Below the pieces are notes generated by a model. The model worked only from the letters and a program-made list of their open reading frames with translations, was not told where the DNA came from and did not search any database. A stretch of DNA of 43,235 nucleotides from Actinomycetota bacterium (GTDB lineage: Bacteria; Actinomycetota; Humimicrobiia; Humimicrobiales; Humimicrobiaceae). The translations under genes and the position numbers were made by a program. The stretch is taken from the NCBI GenBank assembly GCA_023488645.1, contig JAMDDL010000162.1:1-43235 (forward strand). The letters are read 5' to 3'. Positions 36,447 to 43,235 of the stretch are shown in pieces. Position 1 is the stretch's first letter, and each line of letters begins with the position of its first letter.

Positions 36447-37625
36447 CTAAACAATTTCTTCATCTGACAAGTAACAAGCTGGATCAGATCCCCAGAAATC
36501 ACCCGTAATTGCTTCTGCTCTGGTTCTACAGTTGCCGTTACAAACTTCCAGCCACTTGCATGCAGCACATCTGCCTTTAAGCAGGTGCTTCCTGTTTTTC
36601 AGGCCGGCTAATATCGGGTTACCAGTGTCGGTCCATATCTGGCCAAAAGGTCTTTCTCTTACATTCCCAAAAGTATAGTGCTGACTAAATTGGTCGGGGT
36701 GTACATATCCCAGGCTATCCACATTTGCAAAAGCCATACCGGAGCGGTTGCCTCCATTTATTTTCATCAATTCATAAACTTCTTGTGCACAGCCGGGATT
36801 AGTTTCTTTCAGTTTCAGGTATAGATAAATTGCATCAGCATGATTATCCACTGTCAATATTTCCTTATCTAAACCCCGGCGATGGAAGTCTATGGTCCTC
36901 TCAATTATAATATCCATTACCTGCCGTGACTCTTCATGGGTAATATCCTCATTAATCATTTCACTTCCCCTGCCGGAATAAACCAGATGATAAAAACATA
37001 CCCTGTTGATATTCTCTTTCTCTATCAGGTCGAAAATATTATTTAACTCTTTAAAATTATGACGGTTAATAGTAAAGCGCAGCCCTACCTGTAAGCCCGC
37101 GCCAACACAATTTTCTATTCCACGGAGCGCAGTATTAAAAGCACCCTTTTTGCCTCTAAATTTATCATTTGTTTCCTGCAAACCATCCAGGCTGATACCA
37201 ACATAGTCGACTCCTATTCCCTTAAGCCTTTCACTCACTTTTTTTGTAATTAAAATGCCATTAGTCGAAATAGTAGATCTGATACCACTATTTACAGCCT
37301 TCTCAACCAGTTTGAAGATATCTTCTCTTATTAATGGCTCTCCTCCAGAAAACAGCAGAACGGGCACTTTAAAATCAGATAAATCTTTAATGAATTTTAC
37401 CGCCTCTTCATGTGTCATCTCGCCTTCATACTTTTTATTTTCTGAATTTAAGTAACAGTGCATGCACTTCAAATTGCACGTTCTGGTAACATTCCAGACC
37501 ACTACAGGCCCCTTTCCTTCACTTGTGCCATTTACCTGGTTTTTTGAATTATGGGAATACCTGAGGCTATCGCCAAAATTTTTAGATCCAATTAAAAATT
37601 TCGTTGCACTTATAATGTTTGTCAC
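36447..37625 (-). CDS. ahbC: NirJ-family radical-SAM/SPASM enzyme, AhbC-like (Fe-coproporphyrin III synthase)
   Basis: 392 aa. The GTG start overlaps the cobA-hemD stop (GTGA). Motifs are [12 protein letters not shown] and C-terminal [18 protein letters not shown]. Confidence 0.6.
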   Translation of the reverse strand: MTNIISATKFLIGSKNFGDSLRYSHNSKNQVNGTSEGKGPVVVWNVTRTCNLKCMHCYLNSENKKYEGEMTHEEAVKFIKDLSDFKVPVLLFSGGEPLIREDIFKLVEKAVNSGIRSTISTNGILITKKVSERLKGIGVDYVGISLDGLQETNDKFRGKKGAFNTALRGIENCVGAGLQVGLRFTINRHNFKELNNIFDLIEKENINRVCFYHLVYSGRGSEMINEDITHEESRQVMDIIIERTIDFHRRGLDKEILTVDNHADAIYLYLKLKETNPGCAQEVYELMKINGGNRSGMAFANVDSLGYVHPDQFSQHYTFGNVRERPFGQIWTDTGNPILAGLKNRKHLLKGRCAACKWLEVCNGNCRTRAEAITGDFWGSDPACYLSDEEIV

Positions 37626-39163
37626 ACCTCTCTAATATGTCTAATATACGACGGGCGGATAATCGCATCTATCAACCCTTCAATAGTATATTCAGCTGCC
37701 TCCACATCAACTTTGATTCCCATCTCTCTGGCAGTAGCAGTAGTGATTGGGCCAATTGATGCAACACATACACTATTTAACAGTGATGCTAACTCTCTTT
37801 GAGGCAACCTTAACAACTCTACAAAGTTTTGAACAGTAGATGAACTGGTAAAAGTAATGATTTGGATCTCATTATTTAACATCATTTGATGAAGCAAATC
37901 AGCATTGGCATCACTTTTTTTTGTTTTATAAGCTACAACATCATCAACTTGCGCACCTATCTCTTTAAGAGTATCAGGCAGAATTTTACGGGCATTATCT
38001 GATCTTGGCAGCAATATTTTATCATCACTTTTAATTTTATGCTTTAAGCCTGTGATAATAGCTTCCGCCCGATATTCATCCGGAACATAATCTGCTATTA
38101 ATCCTTTTTCTTCCAGAGCCTGCTTTGTCTTCGGCCCAATAGCACAAAGAGAAGCATTTTGAAGCACCCGAACATCTTTACCCAGCTTAAATAGCCTTTT
38201 AAAAAAATACTGTACTCCATTAACGCTGGTAAAAATAATCCAGTTATACTGATTTACCTTCATAATAGCCTTATCAAGCCCGGAATTGTCAGCTTCTGAA
38301 ATCTTAATAGTTGGGAACTCATAAGGTTCTCCGCCAAGCTCTTCAATTCTTTTTGAAAACTCGCCAGCCTGGTTTTCCGGCCTGGTCACCAGCACTCTTT
38401 TCCCGAATAAGGGTTTACTTTCAAACCATTTCAATTTTTCCCGCATTTTTACTACTTTCCCAACAATAATAACTGCAGGATTTTTAAACATTGCTTTATC
38501 CCTTTTAACTATTATATTTTCAAGTGTCCCGACAAGAGTTTGCTGCCGGGGTCTGGTTCCCCAACTGATCAGAGCAATAGGAGTATCTTTGGGACATTCG
38601 TTTTCAATCAGCTTATCAACAATTTCAGGAAGATTTCCCATACCCATCAAAAAGACAAGCGTCCCGATATCAGTAGATATTTTATCCCATTGGATATTTG
38701 AATTCCCCTTGGCAGGATCTTCATTTCCAGTAATTACAATAAAAGATGAGGCAATGTTGCGGTGAGTAACAGGAATGCCTGCATATGCCGGAACTGCTGT
38801 CGCAGAAGTTATCCCGGGAACAATTTCAAAAGGAATATCATTTTCTTTTAAAAACTCTGCTTCCTCACCTCCACGTCCAAATATGAACGGGTCACCTCCC
38901 TTTAGCCGGACTACTATTTTGCCTTCTTTTGCTTTATCAACCAGTAAGTTATTAATTTCATGCTGTTTTAAAACCTGACGGTTTGGACCTTTACCTGCAA
39001 AAATAAGCTCAACATCAGATTTTGCATGTGTTAAAAGATTTTGTCCAATAAGACGATCATAAATAATAACATCAGCTTTTTGTATACATTCCAATCCTTT
39101 TACAGTAATTAAACCCGGATCACCCGGACCTGCCCCAACCAGATAAACCATGGATTTATACAT
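37622..39163 (-). CDS. cobA-hemD: Fused uroporphyrinogen-III C-methyltransferase / uroporphyrinogen-III synthase
   Basis: 513 aa. The N-terminal SUMT domain carries VYLVGAGPGDPGLITVKG and VVRLKGGDPFIFGRGGEE. The C-terminal roughly 250 aa are HemD-like. Confidence 0.85.
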   Translation of the reverse strand: MYKSMVYLVGAGPGDPGLITVKGLECIQKADVIIYDRLIGQNLLTHAKSDVELIFAGKGPNRQVLKQHEINNLLVDKAKEGKIVVRLKGGDPFIFGRGGEEAEFLKENDIPFEIVPGITSATAVPAYAGIPVTHRNIASSFIVITGNEDPAKGNSNIQWDKISTDIGTLVFLMGMGNLPEIVDKLIENECPKDTPIALISWGTRPRQQTLVGTLENIIVKRDKAMFKNPAVIIVGKVVKMREKLKWFESKPLFGKRVLVTRPENQAGEFSKRIEELGGEPYEFPTIKISEADNSGLDKAIMKVNQYNWIIFTSVNGVQYFFKRLFKLGKDVRVLQNASLCAIGPKTKQALEEKGLIADYVPDEYRAEAIITGLKHKIKSDDKILLPRSDNARKILPDTLKEIGAQVDDVVAYKTKKSDANADLLHQMMLNNEIQIITFTSSSTVQNFVELLRLPQRELASLLNSVCVASIGPITTATAREMGIKVDVEAAEYTIEGLIDAIIRPSYIRHIREV

Positions 39164-39184
39164 ATTTTTTTAATACCTCTTAAA

Positions 39185-40108
39185 TTAATTCCTGATTTGT
39201 TTTAATATTTCTCCTGCACCCTGATCTATTAAACTACTTGCCAATCTCTGGCCCAGCACTTCAGGAAAATCCGGACTGCCGCTATCCACGGCTTTTAATA
39301 TCCTTGTACCATCAAGACTGCCAATCAATCCCCTTAGCATCAGCTTATCATCAACAACCAGACCCAATGCTCCAACCGGTGTCTGGCAGCCTCCCCCTAA
39401 AGTTCGAAGCATAGCTCTTTCAGCTCTGACAGCAGAATCGGTGTTACTGTGATTTAAGACTGCAACAAGATCCAGTATCCCTTTATCACTTTGTCTGATT
39501 TCTATTCCCAACGCGCCCTGCCCGATAGCTGGTAAAAATTCTTCCGGGTTAAGTCTTTCTGTTATTTTATCACCCCAGCCAAGACGCTCTATACCTGCAG
39601 CAGCCAATACCACAGCCTGATAATCCTGTTCGGCAAATTTCCGTATCCTTGTATTTAAGTTGCCGCAGATATCTTTAATTATAAAATCCTGCCTCATGTT
39701 GAGTAACTGCGAACGTCTCCGTAAACTGCTTGTTCCTACAACAGCTCCTTTGGGTAAATCCAGGAGCTTTACACCACTTTTGGAAATTACTACGTCGGCA
39801 GGGTCATGACGTTCTGTAATAGCGCCAATAATTAAACCAACTGGCAGAGAAGTTGGTAAGTCTTTCATGCTATGAACAGCAATGTCAATTTCTTTATTTA
39901 ATAGTGCTATTTCCAATTCTCTGGTAAAGAGCGCCTTGTCGTTTATCTTATCGAGGGCTGTATTAAGCATCCTGTCGCCTTGTGTTTTTATGGTTTTTAT
40001 TTCCATACTTAATTTAGGATATCGCAGCTGCAAAATTCTCTTTACCCAACTGGCCTGCCAAAGTGCAAGTAAACTTTCCCTGGTTCCTATAATTATTTTT
40101 CTAACCAT
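39185..40108 (-). CDS. hemC: Hydroxymethylbilane synthase (porphobilinogen deaminase)
   Basis: 307 aa. Motifs are IIIGTRESLLALWQA, AVHSMKDLP and the cofactor Cys region GGCQTPVG. Confidence 0.9.
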   Translation of the reverse strand: MVRKIIIGTRESLLALWQASWVKRILQLRYPKLSMEIKTIKTQGDRMLNTALDKINDKALFTRELEIALLNKEIDIAVHSMKDLPTSLPVGLIIGAITERHDPADVVISKSGVKLLDLPKGAVVGTSSLRRRSQLLNMRQDFIIKDICGNLNTRIRKFAEQDYQAVVLAAAGIERLGWGDKITERLNPEEFLPAIGQGALGIEIRQSDKGILDLVAVLNHSNTDSAVRAERAMLRTLGGGCQTPVGALGLVVDDKLMLRGLIGSLDGTRILKAVDSGSPDFPEVLGQRLASSLIDQGAGEILKQIRN

Positions 40109-40174
40109 TAATTTTTCCTTTTTTCAACAGCAAATTTCATTTTTTAACAATGGTTCCTCTTAATTAACGATGTT

Positions 40175-41476
40175 CTACTTAAGATTATTTTCCGGTTTTT
40201 CCCAATGACTTTCAACTTCCAGATTAAACAGGTTTTTGGTAAGCTCCAAGTAAAGATGTCCCCTGCTTGTACCGGCATAGTTCTTTAAATTAACTACAGG
40301 ATCATGCAGCAATGAATTTACAATAGAACCAGCCATAGAAGAAATTGCCCTTCTTTGCCTTGAAGATAAATCACCTGATTTATTAAAAGTCCTGGTTATT
40401 TCCCTTTCTTTGATTTTTTTACCTTTATCCTTTAACGCCATAATTGTTGGAATTACAAAGAGCGAATTAATCCAATTTAAAAATTTGTCCATTTCTTCTT
40501 CAAGAATCTTTTCAGCTTTTACTGCCTCATTTTTTCGCTCTTCCAGGTTTTTATCAACTACTTGCTCAAGATCATCTATATCCAGCAGGCTTACTCCCGG
40601 TAAATTTCTTATTTGGGGATCTATATCTCTGGGCACAGCAATATCTATAATGAAAATTTTGCGGTTATTTCTATTTAACATTACTTTTTCCATTTGTTCC
40701 ATACTTAGAATATGTTTGGATGAAGATGTACAGCTAATTACTATATCTGCTATTTCTAAACATTCTGTTAAGTTTTCAAATTTGACTGCCCTGCCGTCAA
40801 ATTGTTTTGCTAAATCCTGGGCTTTTTGATAAGAGCGGTTTGAAATAAGGATATTTTTAATCCCGCTGGCTATTAAATGTTTTGCAACCAGATTGCTTAT
40901 TTTGCCTGTGCCAATAATCAGGGCAGAATAGCCGCTCAGGTCACCAAAAATCTGCTTTGCTTTTTCAACTGCTGCATAACCTATAGACACTGAATTCTTA
41001 TCAATATCTGTTTCAGTTCTCACCCTTTTGCCAACTGTTATCGCCCGCTGAAAAAGGATGTTTAAAACTGCGTTGCTTGCACCGCACTCGCAGGCAATCT
41101 GGTACGCCTCTCTAACCTGCCCAAGAATTTGAGATTCACCAAGAACCATCGAGTCTAATCCGGCAGCTACTCTGAACAGGTGCCTGACAGCATTTTCACA
41201 TGCAGGAGAATAAAAATAATGGCGCTTATCTGAAAAATCTATCTTAGTATATTCTTGTATAAAATTATGAATGCTTTTTATTCCAGCTTCTTCATCAGTC
41301 GTGGCAGCGTAAATTTCCATTCTATTGCATGTAGATAAGACGACACAACCAGAAATAGCATTGCATTTTTTAATTTCTGTCAGAATATATGGAATTTCAT
41401 GTCTGGGAAAAGCCAGTTTTTCCCTCATCTCTAAAATAGCTGTTTTATGATTTATTCCGACAACAATGATAAACAT
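40175..41476 (-). CDS. hemA: Glutamyl-tRNA reductase
   Basis: 433 aa. Motifs are VGINHKTAILEMREKLAF, the catalytic LSTCNRMEIY and the NADPH loop IIGTGKIS. Confidence 0.9.
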   Translation of the reverse strand: MFIIVVGINHKTAILEMREKLAFPRHEIPYILTEIKKCNAISGCVVLSTCNRMEIYAATTDEEAGIKSIHNFIQEYTKIDFSDKRHYFYSPACENAVRHLFRVAAGLDSMVLGESQILGQVREAYQIACECGASNAVLNILFQRAITVGKRVRTETDIDKNSVSIGYAAVEKAKQIFGDLSGYSALIIGTGKISNLVAKHLIASGIKNILISNRSYQKAQDLAKQFDGRAVKFENLTECLEIADIVISCTSSSKHILSMEQMEKVMLNRNNRKIFIIDIAVPRDIDPQIRNLPGVSLLDIDDLEQVVDKNLEERKNEAVKAEKILEEEMDKFLNWINSLFVIPTIMALKDKGKKIKEREITRTFNKSGDLSSRQRRAISSMAGSIVNSLLHDPVVNLKNYAGTSRGHLYLELTKNLFNLEVESHWEKPENNLK

Positions 41477-42093
41477 TCTTCAACCCGTTCTTCTGCCAAA
41501 TAGTCTTTCCCGTCTTTTAGCAATTGTAATATGTCTGAATCTATCAAACGCTGAAAAATTTCATTTCTTACAGCAGGGTCATCACATTCTGCCAGTACCT
41601 GCTGCCTTACCCGGCCCATGATTTCCAAAAACTTTTCATATTCTTTCCCGAACTGTTTTTCCAGTTCCATTCTCAATCTAACAGCAAGCAAAGGACTTTT
41701 GCCTCCGGTAGATATGCTTATTACCAAATCTCCCCGTCGGATTACAGATGGAATAAAAAAGTTACACAAATCCGGTGAATCCACAACATTTACCGGAATT
41801 CCCCTGGCCAGGCAATCCTCAGCAACCTTTCTATTTACATCTTCACTATCAGCTGCACTGATTACAAGCATGGCTCCTTCAAGATCACCGGTCTGGTAGT
41901 TATTCTGATGATATTCAATTTCCCCGGCAATGACCATTCCTGCAACTTTTTTATTACACTCGGGGCTCACTACCATAACCCTTGCGCCGCATTCTAACAG
42001 GTTCTTTATTTTTCTTTCAGCAACATCTCCGCCACCAACGACCAGGCATTTTTGGCCGGTTATGTTTAAATAAACAGGATACAGTTTTTTCAT
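41452..42093 (-). CDS. sirC: Precorrin-2 dehydrogenase / sirohydrochlorin ferrochelatase (SirC / CysG-N / Met8 type)
   Basis: 213 aa. The N-terminus is YPVYLNITGQKCLVVGGGDVAERKIKNLLECGARVMVVSPE. Confidence 0.8.
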   Translation of the reverse strand: MKKLYPVYLNITGQKCLVVGGGDVAERKIKNLLECGARVMVVSPECNKKVAGMVIAGEIEYHQNNYQTGDLEGAMLVISAADSEDVNRKVAEDCLARGIPVNVVDSPDLCNFFIPSVIRRGDLVISISTGGKSPLLAVRLRMELEKQFGKEYEKFLEIMGRVRQQVLAECDDPAVRNEIFQRLIDSDILQLLKDGKDYLAEERVEECLSLLSE

Positions 42094-42307
42094 TACACTA
42101 TCTTATCATAGTATTATAGCCAGAGAATTTAGTAAAAAATCTATCAATTATTCTACATCGATAATAACTTTTATAATATAAATTTTTACAGATAGCAAAT
42201 TGCTTTATTTTAATATCAATAATAAATTATAAGTTCCTTTTTTCCCTATCAAATCATCTTTTAATTAATCTTTTGTCATTTTTATATTAGCTATGTATCC
42301 TGACAAC

Positions 42308-42342
42308 AAAAAAATTACACCCTTTAAGCCGAAGAGCTGTAA
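42308..42342 (-). terminator. Expression-platform terminator of riboswitch D
   Basis: Identical to terminator C: UUACAGCUCUU-cggcuua-AAGGGUGUAA followed by U7. Confidence 0.6.
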
Positions 42343-42349
42343 CATCATA

Positions 42350-42493
42350 TCTATTTGCAGGTTTCCTGACTTACGGGACTTTGCTCTTCGCCTTCCCGGC
42401 TTATTTAAAAGCTAGTGGCATTTTGAAGAGCACACACCCGATTACAGTGGCGGTACCGCTCCAGTTTTTCACTGGATTCCCTTTTCAAACAGA
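42350..42493 (-). promoter_or_regulatory. Cobalamin riboswitch D (aptamer), leader of the sirC-hemA...hemL operon
   Basis: The minus strand reads UCUGUUUG(P1)AAAAGGGAAUCCAGUGAAAAACUGGAGCGGUACCGCCACUGUAAUCGGGUGUG..AAAAUGCCACUAGC..CCGGGAAGGCGAAGAGCAAAGUCCCGUAAGUCAGGAAACCUGCAAAUAGA(P1'). It has 6 differences from copy C in about 144 nt. Confidence 0.9.
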
Positions 42494-42533
42494 CGGATAC
42501 TTAAATTTCAAATAAACATAGAATGTTTTACTT

Positions 42534-42561
42534 AATATAGCAGGAAATTAAATAATTTCAA
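42534..42561 (-). promoter_or_regulatory. Candidate promoter for riboswitch D
   Basis: The minus strand reads TTGAAA-N16-TATATT, about 35 nt upstream of P1. Confidence 0.3.
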
Positions 42562-42822
42562 TAAGCAAGCAAAAATATTATAAGAATGGAGACAAAGAAG
42601 TAATAGAACCAAATATTTACTTTAATAAATGTAAATTCTGTGCGATAAATGAGCAAATTTTCTGCACAGCAATTGGCGGATATGAATCAACAAAAATGGT
42701 GGATTTATAATTAATGCTTTCGAATAATTTATCACAATCAAATATTTTATCGATATACCTTTACTATATTATTTATCCTATTCTTTATAGTATTTAAAAA
42801 AATTAATAGTTAAAAAACAGTT

Positions 42823-42878
42823 AAAAAAATTAATAGCCCTTAATAATTAAATAATAATATCACAGGGCTATTAATTTT
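42823..42878 (-). terminator. Intrinsic terminator after the ferredoxin gene (bidirectional shape)
   Basis: TTAATAGCCCT-23 nt-AGGGCTATTAA is a perfect 11-bp stem. It is flanked by A7 (giving U7 on the minus-strand RNA) and by TTTT. Confidence 0.6.
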
Positions 42879-42922
42879 AAAAAATAGTCTTTAATCTATT
42901 CTTAAAAATATGAAGTAGAAAT

Positions 42923-43114
42923 TTAATCAACTAAGATAGCTTCGGATGGACAGCTCTCTACGGCTTCCTGAATACATTCCTCATCATAATCGTCGTAGTC
43001 TGTTTTGATAACCTCTGCGATATCCTTTTCTTCATTTAATTTGAAAATATCAGGACATGTTTCTTCACAAAGCCCGCATCCCGTGCAAAGGTCTTCATCA
43101 ATTCTAACTTCCAT
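42923..43114 (-). CDS. Small single-cluster ferredoxin
   Basis: 63 aa and acidic. It has CTGCGLCEETCP plus a distal CP (ESCPSEAI). Confidence 0.8.
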   Translation of the reverse strand: MEVRIDEDLCTGCGLCEETCPDIFKLNEEKDIAEVIKTDYDDYDEECIQEAVESCPSEAILVD

Positions 43115-43221
43115 TTAGTTCCTTTCGTTTTTTTAATAAATAAAACCAAAATTAAAACCAAAATAAGCATAGACCTTAATTTATATGTAATATACATAAT
43201 TTTTTAATGCAATTCAAATAA

Positions 43222-43235
43222 AGATCGGAAGAGCG
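43222..43235. other. Illumina TruSeq adapter remnant at the contig end
   Basis: The terminal 14 nt, AGATCGGAAGAGCG, match the start of the standard adapter AGATCGGAAGAGCGTCGTGTAGGGAAAGAGTGT. Confidence 0.85.

Noticed and set aside
36416-36568. N-terminal extensions in the ORF track: hemB to 36568, ferredoxin to 17378, hemL to 33477, hpnA to 27152 and shc to 28149.
   Set aside because: Each extension runs into the upstream gene or swallows its own Shine-Dalgarno. Internal starts with good SD or stop-start overlap give canonical N-termini (see the feature evidence).
1-43235. I looked for CRISPR arrays, tRNA/rRNA genes, transposases, integrases, phage or defence genes. I also looked for a chimeric join at the riboswitch repeats.
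   Set aside because: None were found. The only repeats longer than 100 bp are the four riboswitch cassettes. The composition shift at 32.1 kb does not coincide with a repeat, so repeat-mediated mis-assembly is not indicated. Read mapping would be needed to exclude it.

Overview
This is a 43.2-kb AT-rich bacterial contig that looks metagenome-derived. Hand counts on sampled lines give about 30-35% GC overall, and the last 14 nt are Illumina adapter. I saw no rRNA, tRNA, CRISPR array, transposase or integrase. All family calls rest on motifs read by eye, with no database search.

Almost everything encoded is tetrapyrrole, corrinoid or isoprenoid metabolism. Four transcription units are headed by cobalamin riboswitches:
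- A (minus strand): an exported CbiK-like chelatase plus a BtuF-type binding lipoprotein.
- B (plus strand): btuC, btuD, a small Rossmann-like ORF and btuF.
- C (minus strand): a decayed cobO, then cobN, a ferredoxin, an ABC-2 exporter pair, a chlI/chlD fusion and a SPASM radical-SAM gene.
- D (minus strand): a complete 10-gene glutamyl-tRNA-to-haem-b operon using the siroheme-dependent Ahb route.

Between these units lie cbiA-cbiC-cbiD, an LVIVD beta-propeller gene and a 9-gene isoprenoid/hopanoid cluster. That cluster holds a DRL-like oxidoreductase, a prenyl-diphosphate synthase, IDI-2, hpnH, hpnA, shc, a DUF116-like gene, ispE and tetR.

The best candidate for something undescribed is the translationally coupled cobN-fdx-ABC2-chlID-rSAM module. 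Next is the B12 riboswitch heading a whole Ahb haem pathway. Other points of interest:
- The riboswitches occur as two near-identical paralogous pairs.
- Three gene relics are present: cobO, an ABC-2/chlID junction and a btuF 3' end.
- An A7 slippery run sits at the btuD / downstream-ORF junction.
- GC content steps up by about 10 points over the haem operon.
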